A DNA stretch of 64,000 nt from Intoshia linei (taxonomy: Eukaryota > Animalia > Orthonectida). This document shows positions 25,720 to 38,386 of this stretch, in pieces. The DNA is taken from positions 2,439 to 66,438 of the forward strand of contig LWCA01000053.1 in NCBI GenBank assembly GCA_001642005.1, given 5' to 3'. Position numbers and translations under genes: made by a program. Numbering within the stretch: position 1 is the stretch's first letter; the number at the start of each line of letters is the position of its first letter. The notes under the pieces are model-generated. The model worked only from the letters and a program-made list of their open reading frames with translations, had not been told where the DNA came from and made no database searches.

Positions 25720-28700
25720 ATGAATACATATGGATCATTTCAGAACCAGCATTCAACTTATATGGTTTAATATTAAATTACACAAATTACCAGATAAATG
25801 AAAGTGAAACTTTTAAATATCGTTTGTTAGTGATCACTGATCATTGTTCAATGATCATAATTTTTGATATTTATTATTAAATGTTGCCAACAGCACATTT
25901 TTGTTTTGAAAATTTGTAATGTAAATTAAAGGATTCGTATTGATCATGAAATATAACTGGCTAATTCACCATTATGCTTCTACAAATCAACATACCAAAT
26001 GTAATCAATTAATAAAATACGTTAAACCTAAACCATTGGAAAACATTTATCCCATTATAACAAGAGGTAATTTCAAGGAAAAAATAATATTATTTGCTAA
26101 AATGGTAATTTAGCGTTATTACTTTGTTATAAAGGAAAAACTAACGAAAGCATCAACATATTTGAACGACTATATAAGACTGTTTCCACAAATTACAAAA
26201 TTAATATCAATTATGTTTATATTTTGTGAGTTTATTATTAAATAATATAAATTAAAAATAATATACTTTTAGAATAATTGCTAGTAAAACTACATTTGCT
26301 TTATCCTTATTAGATACAATTATTCAAGAATGCATTTATGACTGGGTAATATGCAATGTCGTCGTGTCAAAGGTGCAGAGGAAGCACGCCCTCCCAAAAA
26401 TCTATTTATAATTTTAAACAGTTTATGATGATAATAATAATACCTACAAAAGCATAATAACTTAACATTTTGAAAAAAATAAGTATTTCAAAAGTTAGTA
26501 TGCAATTTCAAGTTAATACGTATAAATACTATTTATTAGCACGTATTATTTTGATGAAATTTAATTTAATTTAAGTTCCGTCAATTTGTATTTATAATAT
26601 CAATGAAGTTGAGAATAGAGCAGGGGTCGGAAACCAGTATCACTTAGTAATTTTGGTGGTTTTTTGAGTAAATATGTAAATTTTAAAAAACGGGGCCGTA
26701 TAATTTTTGGATATAAAAAAGTCGCCCAAGAGATACAAAAGGTTGCCGTCCCTGAACTATATCCAAATTACGGATCCTAATTCTTTAAATGAATAGGTGA
26801 CGTGAAAAATAATTTCGTATGATGATCGAAATATTTTTACAGCAGGAATACGAAGTGAACATTTTTTTCAAGATCCTTAGGTGGGTTGATCATGTTTTGT
26901 AGGCCATTTTTTTAAATTCAGTTCTAGCCCATTTATTTTGGTTTTTACCAAAATTATTTTTAGTTTATAATAAAGTTTATGTACAGTATTTTATAAATAG
27001 TTTTTGGGGTTAATTATAAGGAATTCAAATATCATTTAAATCTAAAATGAGCTAGAATTGAATTAAAAAAAATAAAAACATGTTCAACCCATCAAAGGAA
27101 TTACAACCATAAGAACCAAACCAAATCTGATTATAAATAAAATAAAATTTTCCTAACTTATATAATATGCTACGCTATTTTTGTTTGTGTCTGTGTGTAA
27201 CGCCTTATTTCACATCTTACGGGTCAAAACCCCAATTTTCCTTTTTTTTCGAAAATCAAACGAGTTGGAGAATTTAAAAAAATATATATGCTGATACGGA
27301 TTTTAAAATTATAATCATTACCATAAATTTAAATTTAAAAAAATTATATCTTAACAGTCAAAACCCCAAATTACACTTCTTTTTTCAATGAAAACAGCCC
27401 TAGAATTTCAAAAAATTTACAGGTGGTACAGTTGTATCCTGTAATACACACCGAAAATTTCAGAAAAATTCTTCACTTTCACTTCGTTCCCCTTTTTAAA
27501 AAATTTTTTTAATCAATATTACAAACCCTTAAACCTATTTTCACTTTTATTTTATTTTCTTTAACGAATATTTTAAGGTTAATAGTCAATACATTTACTT
27601 TTGAAGAATGAATATAGGACTATCAAGAATTAAAGGGTATTATATTACTAAGTCCTTTTATCTCTTTCCTTGTGTTAAATTTAAATTATTCGAAATTTTT
27701 AGTTTCACTCGCGGACCGCAAAAATTTATAAGAGGTCCGCGTGCGGCCCTCAAGCCAGATTTTGCCCACATATGCCCTAATATACATAATGCATATTATA
27801 CATGTATATAAAATAATTATATATTCACCGGTTGAAAGGTGACTAGGGAGATATCGTATTGCACATCATTTATGAAACATTTTTGAGGATTTTTTTAGTT
27901 TCTGGGCCTCGAGTATGGTAGGTTTGTTTCTGATGAAAAATCCTCTTTTTTTATATTTAGCAGTTAAAAAAATAATATATTTCAATATCAAAATAAATTT
28001 AACTATTTGTATGTCAAATTATAACCTGTATTGAAATGGCTAGGATCATTATGAACTTTTTCGGAAAATCTTAAGGTCTATTTTTGATTTTCGGGGAGGG
28101 AGCTTGAGTATGGTAGATTCGACTCTGCACGACGACCCTCATAATTTTTATGATTATAAAAATATTTTTTAAATAGAGAGCAATTTATTACACAGGATTA
28201 TGTTACGAATTGGAAAAAAACTACGAAAAAGTAAAATATTTATTCTGTTTAAAACTATTATAGATATGCCCGTTTATATATTAGTTTTCTCTCATAAGAT
28301 ATTAATTTATGGTTTTTTTTTAAATAAAATAGACTAGAGCAGAGTGGTTCAAAGCATGTCAGATCAAATATTGTGGCCAGAAAATCTGTTTAATAGTATA
28401 TTCTACAAATCGGTTAAATAATAATAAAAAATATATGATTGCACATTGATGCGGAATTTCGATCCAGATTTGCTGATTTTGATTCTATTAAACCTAAATT
28501 GGAGCTTTTGAATAAGATATGGATGTAGAAATTTTAAATATATCACACAATCTGTAATTTACATGTTGCATGTTGCATTACAATCAGATTCTTTCAATTA
28601 ACTTTAACAGTTTTATAATTTACTAATAAAAATTTTCAGAACAAAAAACAAAAAAATCTGATCTAATCCTCTGTCAAATGGTGTATAGTTCATTTTTAAT

Positions 28701-30067
28701 TTTTATCTGGATACACATAAAATTTAGTGGGACGCACGAGTGCGCCAGGGCGTACCTTTTGAAAAATATTGGTTTACAGAAATATCAAAATTACCACTTT
28801 AACTAGCATTAATTTAATTTTTTTTAGAAATAATCCTGTCTTAATTGTGTACTAATTACTAATTAGATTGATAAAATATCTGAAAGAATGATAAAATAAT
28901 TATGCTAAATTTTTTTTAATGTTGCTGCCCGCCAAATTTGTAAAATTTATTTTTTGGCCTCACTCGCCATGTGTTTGTACCACCCTGGACTACAGGGTTA
29001 TTTAAAATTTGGTAACAGAAATTTCTAAATATCTATAAACCCTAATGATTTTTACAAATTAAATTACTATCATCATTCCTTAACATTTTGTTAAAAAACA
29101 ACCATAAAACTATTAAATATCTTTCTAACAGACTAAACACTAACATACTTTGAAAATTAATTTTATCAATTGAAAATATATACAACTAACATAAATATTT
29201 CCACTTTGTATATTAAAAATTATAATAAAATGAAAAATTTATAAATTTTTAGGCTTTATATTACTACAAATTGGTTTTAAAGCATTATACATGTGAAAAT
29301 GCTAATTTAGCAATTCTTCGTATATTAAAAAAAGATAATTCCATTTTCGATAAAGAAAGCATGCATGCGATGAAAATGTATTTATAATTATTTTATATGT
29401 ACTTGGTTGAAAAATAATAAAATTGAAATATGATGTATAATATTATTTGCAGTAACAAAAAATGTTTTATTGTAATTAATATAACTAATTATAATAAATT
29501 TTCAGCAAATGCAAAAATACGAGAATATCTCAAGATTTAGCAAGTTATTATTTGGAAGTATACTTTAAATTTTCAATTGTAGTTAATATCTAATATAGAA
29601 AAAAGATTATCTACAATCATTGACACTATTGGGAAATTGTTTATCAAAAGGCGAGAGATGTGTGAATATATTACTATTAATGCAGTGTTTAATGCAATCA
29701 ATGACAAAATGTGACATATATTTGGGGTTTTTACTTGGAAAAAGAAATTTGGAAATTGTTGTTAAATGTAGTGAAATTACACACAATCTGATTATAAACA
29801 ACTTGATGAAAAATCCAGACAATTATAAAGATGACAATCTTAATGCAGTATGGTTCTTATTTCTTTGAATTATTATTTATCTAGAACATATTCATATTTC
29901 TCTCAAATTTTCATTTCGACAATCCACTCAACAACATAATTAGTTACAATTTCGCGACCTTTATGAGCAATATGAATATAAAAACTCCAGCTTATTTATA
30001 TTTTAAGGCGTCTAAAATGTTAACAAAAGATGAATTAAACAAGGAGATTTTCGCCATAACAAAATAA
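25720..30067 (+). CDS. BBS4: Highly divergent, C-terminally truncated BBS4-like TPR protein; start uncertain
   Basis: Collinear BBS4 landmarks across about 9 exons: KYNWLIHH (~KQNWLIHL), ALLLCYKGKTNESINIF, YDW|RAIYYTGLCYELEKNYEK (28177-28230; ~DWEISHNLGVCY), LLGNCLS...CLMQS (~HLGNALT...SMMQT), NPLNNIISYNFA...PAYLYFKAS (~APFDWKILYNLG...SAFHFLSAA). Confidence 0.7.
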
Positions 30068-30183
30068 ACAATTTTATTTCAAAATAAATTTTTAAATGTA
30101 AATTAATATTTTTGTAGATAAATTTGCAACGTTAGAATTATTATAATATTTAGAATGTCTAGTAACCACGTATTAAATATTTA

Positions 30184-33100
30184 ATGTTTGATAATGTAGC
30201 CAATACACAATATCGTCAGTATGTTGATTCCAGAATAGGTTCCGAGAAAAATATGCTAATTCGATTTAACAAAAAAAAACTATTTTATTGTATATGGCTT
30301 ATTTTTTTAGTGTTGTGCATGTACTGTCTCGCTTCATTGAAGAAAAATAAAGAAATTGTAATTAATATACAAAAAGATTCTCATACATTTCAAGATGGAT
30401 TGAAAGAGATTGATTGGGTCGATTACGATTTCATTAAATATGAAAGTATGCGTAAAGGGCCAGGGGAAAATGGAAAACCGTTTATCCCAGATTCTCGTTA
30501 CGCAGTGGAAAATTCTAAGCTTTACGAAGCTAACGGCTATTCTGGTCTTGTTAGTGATATGGTTTCTTTGAATCGATCCATTCCAGATATTAGAAACCCT
30601 AAATGCAATGGAAAACTATATTTATCTAATATTAATAGTGTATCTGTCATTCTAATTTATTACGAAGAACATTTTTCCACTCTTCTCAGAAGTATTCATT
30701 CCATCATCAATCGAACACCACCTTCCCTATTAGGGGAAATTATTTTGGTTGATGACGGCACTGTTTCAGGTAATTAATATTTGACAATTGTTTTATTAGA
30801 TTTTTATCTTTACTATAATATCAATAACATGTGTTGTTAATATTAAAATTATATTCAATAATTTACTATTTTAGAATCTCTTACAGTCAAGTTACCTAAA
30901 TTAATTTACGATAATGCGTATTACAAAAAAGTCAAAATTATTAAACATTCAAAAAGAGAGGGTCTTATTGCTGCACGGTTAAGTGGTGCCAAAGCGGCCA
31001 TTTACGAAAACCTTGTTTTTATGGATGCCCATTCTGAAGTTAATGTTAATTGGTTACCTCCCCTAATTGGTTAATAATTATTTTTCACCAATTTTAATTT
31101 TTATAGATCCAATCGCTCGAAAATACACAACTGTAACATGCCCATTTATTGATGTTATAGATGCCGTGACATTTGAAATAAAAGGTCAGGATGAAGGAAG
31201 TAGAGGTGCATTCGATTGGAGTTTTTATTACAAAAGATTGCCTCTATTTCCCGAAAGTGTTAAAAACCCAGATTTGCCTTTTAAGTAATCTATACTATAG
31301 AATCTAAAGTTATGATAAATTATAATTTTTATTTTTTCTATAACTTGTCTGTTCTCTGACTTATAAATAGGTCATGGATAGTGATTGGAGATGACATGCC
31401 GTACCCGATTATGATTATAGATTTCTTTTCTAAATTAATATGTGATATTTGAAATATTTTCGTATAGTGGGACAAAAATTTGTTACTCCAGCTGGGTAAT
31501 ACCGAAAAAAAGTTGAAAAATGTATTGAGGATCCAAAATTTTTTTAATTTGTAATAACAGTCGACTATTTTCATCTGGACCAGGGCACTGTTGACTCTGC
31601 TTACCAAACGTTGCTTGGGTGTAAATTTTTATATATACCTTTTTAAATAAATCCAACATTGAAAATTATTTGAAGTACAAATTTAACTAAAAATATCTTC
31701 CAATTTGAGTGTTTTCAAATTCTCTTTTCATCCTTAATAATATAAAGTAATTTAGTTAAAAATATGTCTGTTTATTTGTCGGTCTGTTTGTCTGTCTGTT
31801 CCAGTTTATTTAATAAAGTAAGAGGAGTCGAGTTTTAAAAATTCCATATTTCTATTACAATTTGTCGAGAGTTATGTTTTATCGCAAATTTCATTTTCAG
31901 AAATTGATCCCTTCAAGGATAAAAACGCCAATTATCATTTTTTTTAACTCAAACTAGTCCTAGAATAGAATTATAAAAAAATACACATTCTGATATAGAT
32001 TTTAAAAATATTAACATTATGATAAATTTCAATTTCAAAATTTTCACGGCCAAAACCACAAATTACTTTTTTTTTTTAAAAATAAAAAATATCCTCGAAT
32101 GTTATACAACATAAATTATGGGATAGTTTTTAAAATCATAAAATTATCATAAAACGCAAACCCAAAAAAGTCAATTTTCACGATCAAAACTCCAGGTTAC
32201 CTTTTTTTAAAACATGAAAATAATCCTATCATTTAAAAAAAACTTACAGTTAATACAGTTATATCCAGTGAAAACGCACAAAAATTTCAATCTGACAAAG
32301 TGACTCCTTTATGGTTAAAAAACACTTTAGTATTCATTTTTTTATTTCCAATTGTTTTATTAAAACAAAACATTCGAAATAATTAACAGTCCTACAATTA
32401 AAAAAAAGATCATTTTGATATAGCTTTCCACTTGATATAGATACAAAATTTCAACACCAGAAATCTACGTATTGCCGGTAAAAATAAGTCAAAATGGGAT
32501 TATCATATACAATGTTTTTAATAAATTTTTATATAATTATATATGCGCTTTTGACGGTTAAACGTGACATGCTAAATTTTTTAAATATCAACCGTAATAT
32601 CGTAATAAATACAGTGTATTTCATATTTATCATTAACTAGAATATTTGAGATACTTGACATTTTATCAATGAATTAATTTAAAGTATTAATAGAATCCGG
32701 CTCGCCATCACAAAAAGTTGCCTATCCCTGCTCAAAAGTTTAGTCTCTAAACCAGGGGTGCACAACATGCGGCCGTGAGAGCGTTTGTGTGCGACCGTGG
32801 AAAATCAATGTGATCATAATAAAATATATCATTTGAAATAATTTCAAATTAAAAAGTTTAAATGAGATTTTATTCAAGGGCAATTTAAAATATTTACAGT
32901 GTTGATCATAAGATTACATAAGAAGCTTTTTACATATTCTTTTGTTACTAATTCACGAATGAGTAAATGAAATTAAATAATATTTTGAATATAAGTTACA
33001 CATATATTTATGTTTAATTGGAATTAATTAATATTTTGTAACACATCCTTTAGCATGTATGAGAGCCATAATTCTCCGTGGCATAATATTAATACAGTCT

Positions 33101-34986
33101 TTTGCCAGTTTTTTCAAATTAAGAGAATTGTTCCATATTGTATATAGGCGAATAATCAGTTCCGATTTTGATCTTATTGAAATTCTATGAACTTCCTCTT
33201 TCAATTGTGCCCACAAATTTCGATTGGGTTTATATCTGGGGAATTTCCGGCCATTCAAGAACGGCAATCTTTTCATTATGGAAATATGAAGTTACAGATT
33301 TGGCTTTGTGACATGGAGCGGAATCATGTTGGAATATATAATTCTGATCAATGTGCCGTTGTGTCATTTCATTAACAAAATTGTTTAATACATTTTTATA
33401 GGTATGCTGGTTCATTATAACTTCACAAATCTGTAATTTACCCATTCCCACAGAAAATATAGCCCTAAACCATTACTTCTGTTGGAAATTTTACTATTTG
33501 TATGATGTATTCTGGCCTTAATGATTCGCATGATCTGCTGCGCACATTTTTACATTGGTTGTCCATCACACAAATCATTGATTCGTCCGAAAAAAAGAAC
33601 CTATAAAATTACAGATTAATTGGTTTTTTATTAAATAGTACAAAATTAATGAATATAATATAATACAATTAATTTTAACTTAATAATAAATAACCTCATT
33701 CCATTTATGTTCATTCCAATTTTCATGACTTTTTACCCATAAAAACCTTGTTTTTTTCATTGTCTCAGTAAGGAGGAGTTTTCTTGTTTTTCGGTAAGAT
33801 GTGTAAGCTGCCTCCAATAGTCTACGATTAACAGTTAACCTTAAAACATTAACATTTTGAGTTTGTAATTTTCTAGTGATTTTAGCGCAGCTAGAATTTC
33901 TATTTTTTTTAGAGCTGTTCTGAGTATAACTCGGTAAATTAAAAAGTTACATTTTTGACTTTTCCCCAGTTTCTCTAAATGATGAAAACTTGCTGATACA
34001 TGTATTAAAATTTAAAGAAAATTTTTTATTAGACCTAAACTTTAAGTCAAAAGTAAAGATTTAAATTAAATAGTAAGAATATTGATCTGTACTGAGCAAT
34101 GGTTCACAATAATGGAAGAATCGACCTCTTTGGTCCGATTCAAGTTTTTCATACGATAGAAAATTTACATTATTATTTATATATGTAGTTAAAGTATGTT
34201 AAATTGTTGACATTGTGAAGACGTAAAATATTTCGAATCTTAATAACTTTATAAATTTGCACAATGGCGATCTTTTTAGAATGGCTTAATTTTAATTTGG
34301 TGATTTCTCTAAAAAAGTCTAAATCAGATTTTTATTAAAAATTTACATTTTTGACTTTAACCACTTTCTCAAAATGGATTTATACTTTCTCAATGTTAAA
34401 GTAAATTTTGTGCGACCGTTGTATCAATGAGTAAATTAGCTTTTCGGCTGACTTAGTGGAATGGTTGTGCACTTCTACTCTAAACTTTAAATTTTTGATT
34501 TATTAATTTCAAAACAAATTGTAATTTCATTTAAAATATCAAAATTTTAAAAATTGGGCATAATTTATCGTTCCCGTATCCATACGAATCTGTAATTATT
34601 TAACTCTTCCATCATGTGATCATTATAATTTTTTATAATCTAAAAATACATTTTCCAATTCTTTATTGGAGTTAACATTATTGACATTATTATATCTTTA
34701 ATTTTAGAAGTCCTGTTATGGCTGGAGGTTATTTTGCTATAAGTGCAAGGTGGTTTTGGGAACTTGGTGGATACGATCCAGGTTTTTTTACTAGAAAATA
34801 TATTTAAATTATAATTTAATTTATTTAGGAATTGTTATATGGGGTGGAGAGCAATACGAGTTATCATTTAAAGTTTGTTATCATTCATGCATATTTTATA
34901 TAGTTATAGATATGGCAATGCCATGGGCAAATGTTGGATGTACCATGTTCAAGAATAGGTAATTATTTAATATGACAATGCAAAAT

Positions 34987-35028
<42 letters not shown>

Positions 35029-36352
35029 CTAGACTATTCGATTTTGATAAATTCACCCTTTTTGAAGGATGAATCATTTTTTTAATATTAATAGTTTTAT
35101 CGGCACCTTTTTCAAATTTATCCTTTGATTATGTTATATTATAAAATTATATAAAAGCTTCCTATATTAAAAAAACTCATTATGTCGTGGACACAATCGT
35201 ACATTTGGCATGAGGATGAAGACCCTGTATATAACAGTGATTTCCAACCTATTTCATTTAACTACACACAATTAAATCAAAATAATTTTCGCGACACATA
35301 TTATTAAAATAATATTAAAATGAAAAAAAATTATTTTTTAAACATTATGTTACGATTCGTATTATAATTACAAAATTGTTTTTTTTTGAGTTAAAATACT
35401 CACATGAAACAGAACTTATAAAAGTAAATAATAAAACATGTTCAAAAGTTCTTAAACATTTAAAATTTACCTACGACACACTAGTTAGAAATCACTGCCC
35501 TAATATTCATACCTAATGTATATACTTTCTAGTTTAACAGATATATAAATTTAGGTCACGTATATCGAGTTGGCGGACGAGGTTTTCCAAACCCTCAGAT
35601 AGGAAATTTTGTTGCAAAAAACTTTCGTCGTGTGGCTGAAGTATGGATGGATGAATATAAAGAATATTTATACGATCGAAACCCGGGCTGGAAAACAGTT
35701 GATTATGGAGATATTAGTGGTAGATTAGCAATAAGAAAAAACCTAAACTGCAATTCTTTCGACTGGTTTATAAAAAACGTTTTGATTGATTTAGAAGAAT
35801 ACTACCCCATGGTTGAGCCACTGCCACTAGCTTCTGGAAGCGTAATTTAATTTTAAAAAATTAAGAATAAATAAAAATAATGTTCAGCTGATAAATATGG
35901 ATTCAAAGCAATGTATAGATACACATTACGGTAAAGAAAGTGACCCAATACATGTTACTGACTGCAGCAAAAAAGTAGAAGGGGTAATATCTTTCATAAG
36001 AGCTGTCATGTAAATCTTTCAATTTTAGAATATCACAATAACGTATAGATATGAACTAAAAGGTAGCAAATCAAATGCCTGTTTTGATTTGTCTTTTCAT
36101 GAGCCTGGAAATAAAATTGTACTATGGCCTTGTCATAATCAGAAAGGAAATCAATATTTTAAATATAACCCAGTAACTTATTATTTTTAAACATTTTTAA
36201 AAAGTTTTTAGAAAACTCATCAATTATATCAATTTATTTCAAAATTATGCTTGGAACCAAAAGACGGTGTTATCATAGTCAACCATTGTAACGAAACGAG
36301 TCTCAAGCAAAAATGGAATTTTGATTATGTGAATGTTACTTCCATGAATTAA
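30184..36352 (+). CDS. GALNT10: Polypeptide N-acetylgalactosaminyltransferase, GALNT10/pgant6 clade
   Basis: Type II TM anchor, [31 protein letters not shown] motif, [46 protein letters not shown], and a C-terminal ricin-type lectin domain (CHNQKGNQ). Confidence 0.93.
31730..32490 (+). repeat. Helitron-like dispersed repeat copy in GALNT intron
   Basis: Starts atccttaataatataaag followed by a (TGTC/TGTT)n tract, then family blocks shared with 27150-27470 and 45811-46430. Confidence 0.55.
32753..34477. mobile_element. hAT-type MITE hosting a nested Tc1
   Basis: TIRs caggggtgcacaac / gttgtgcacttcta; perfect 8-bp TSD CTCTAAAC (32745-32752 and 34478-34485). Confidence 0.85.
32897..33990 (-). 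mobile_element. Decayed Tc1 transposase (DD34E) with a 94-nt spliceosomal intron; only one terminus recognisable
   Basis: TA-CAGTG terminus at 32895; motifs [11 protein letters not shown]|[49 protein letters not shown]; frameshifts present. Confidence 0.85.
34991..35025. repeat. (TA)n microsatellite, ~17 units
   Basis: Uninterrupted TA run. Confidence 0.95.
35235..35497. mobile_element. hAT-type MITE
   Basis: TIRs cagtgatttccaac / gttagaaatcactg with subterminal cgacaca motifs; TSD not preserved. Confidence 0.65.
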
Positions 36353-36374
36353 AAAATTTATTATATTTAACATT

Positions 36375-37926
36375 TTAAATTTCCCCATTAAAATTTTTTT
36401 TTCTGTTGATTGTCTGAAAATAAATTTTATTATTTTGTTTATATAGTATTAATGTACCCCCTTCACATCTTTAATATTTGTATATTCGTAAGTAGGTTTT
36501 ATAAGATTATCTTGTTCCAAGTAACGTTGTCTAGATCTGGTTGCAAAGTTAATTATATTTTTTAATTCAAAGTGTAATAAATTTAGGTTATTTTTTGTAT
36601 TTGATTCTAAATATAATACATAAATTAAGTAGTCTAAAAATTCATTACGTTTGGTAGAAAAATTATGATTAACGTATTTAAAATATATTTCTAAAATCCG
36701 AAAAAATGACTGTGCTTAGTCTCTCATTATAATTTAATTTTTATAAATACCATTATGAGGTAAAATATGATTATATTTTTGTTGCAATGTGGCAAATTTT
36801 TTGTAAAATGTATCATTAGCCAATACATCCCCTAAAATTAAATAAATAAAAATTATTCATCTGTAGATCTGTATCATATGATATGATTTAAAATATTAAC
36901 ATGTTTCTTCATTACTTATTTACCTTGATCTTGGTTGAAATTTGGATTGGTTTGTGTGGAAATATCAAATCTTAAATTTTTAGTATAATTATTGTTTCCT
37001 ACCATCTCTATACGTTTTTGTTCAATTTCATGGCATAATGAATCTAACAAATCTTTTTTTTCATTCAATTCGTCAAAAATGTTGCATTTTTCAGTTTTAT
37101 TTCTATTATTATTTACGTTATTCGTTTCCATTACATTTTTTTTAAAGTCTAAATATGAAAATGTTCATTAATTTTAAATTATAAAATTATAAAGGTCTAC
37201 CTTGCTTATTCTGACTATGTTTACTGGTTAAGGAAAAACTTTCATGAAAATTTTCAGTGTCAAATTCACTAGAATAATATTCAGATTTAACAGTTTCAGG
37301 AATTGATTTGACGGATTCATTGATACGTATGTCATCCATTTCATCTTCAATTATGGTTTTAATTGAATCATTAGAATATTCAGTACGCACAGATTGAGCT
37401 ATACTTATATTTTCAAAAATTGCTGGAATGGTATGGTTTTTATTTCCAACTGATTCATCAGATTCAAATTCTTCGTCATATGTGAATTCGTTTGTATCAT
37501 TATTATCATTAAATTTATTTAAGTTTTCAATTACATGATCCCCTAATTCCACCATATCAAAAACTTTTTGTTGCGAAACTTGCGATCTGGGTGTTTGAAT
37601 AACACTTAAGCAGTCTTCAACCAAATTTATATTTTCCATCAAGTTCAAATTTAATTTTAAAGATTCTGAAATCAGAGTTGTTTGAGTTTTCGATTGTACT
37701 AAATTTTCTATTGACGTATTTGATATATGCGAAATCGAATGTTGTGATGTTTCATCCGAATATGCATTTTCAATATCTTTTAAATATTTCTAAAAATTAT
37801 AATTTTTTTATGGTATAATAATGAATTTACATCTAATGTAGATTCTTTGCGTTTATTTGTTATTGAAATCTCTTCATCGCTCTCACTGTCCAATATATTA
37901 TTTTTCCTACACCTATTTCGAGACAT
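36375..37926 (-). CDS. C19orf44-like (DUF4614) acidic/Ser-rich protein
   Basis: Multi-exon ORF from MSRNRCRK through ORFs 37187-37648 and 36916-37131. DISTQT and C-terminal LLHFELKNIINFATRSRQRYLE...YEYTNIKDVKGTINR resemble DUF4614 (LKQQL.LT.QF..SR.LH...YHTLEEAKEYIR). Confidence 0.5.
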
Positions 37927-37990
37927 TAAAATAATTTTTTCAAAATTATAAACAATTTCTTCACTACCAATATTTCCTAGCAGTTTAAGT

Positions 37991-38023
37991 ATTGTAACAT
38001 GTAAATATCATACATGTTACAAT
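37991..38023. promoter_or_regulatory. Perfect 13-bp inverted repeat in a bidirectional promoter
   Basis: attgtaacatgta-aatatca-tacatgttacaat lies between the divergent starts at 37926 and 38387. Confidence 0.45.
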
Positions 38024-38386
38024 TCTTTTCAAAATTTTCCATAAAACTTTGAGAAAATTTTTATAGTTATTATCAGGAAAGATAATGATCTAATACCGTA
38101 CAATGTTATGTAAAATCACTACAAATTAGAGATATTTTAAAATTAAATGAGCCTCGAATTTTGTATTCCTGTAAAAATCAATAAATATAATTAATTATTT
38201 ATCGCATGCTAAAGATAATCAACATGGATAAATTTAAATTGATTTTACTGTAATTTATAAAGCATTTTTTGGTTATACTTAATGTAATTACAAAAATTGT
38301 CATAAATATAAAATACAAAAAATTAAAATGTAATTTAGCAATAAATTACAACTTATATTGATCGAGCTTAATTTTTACTATCAAAA

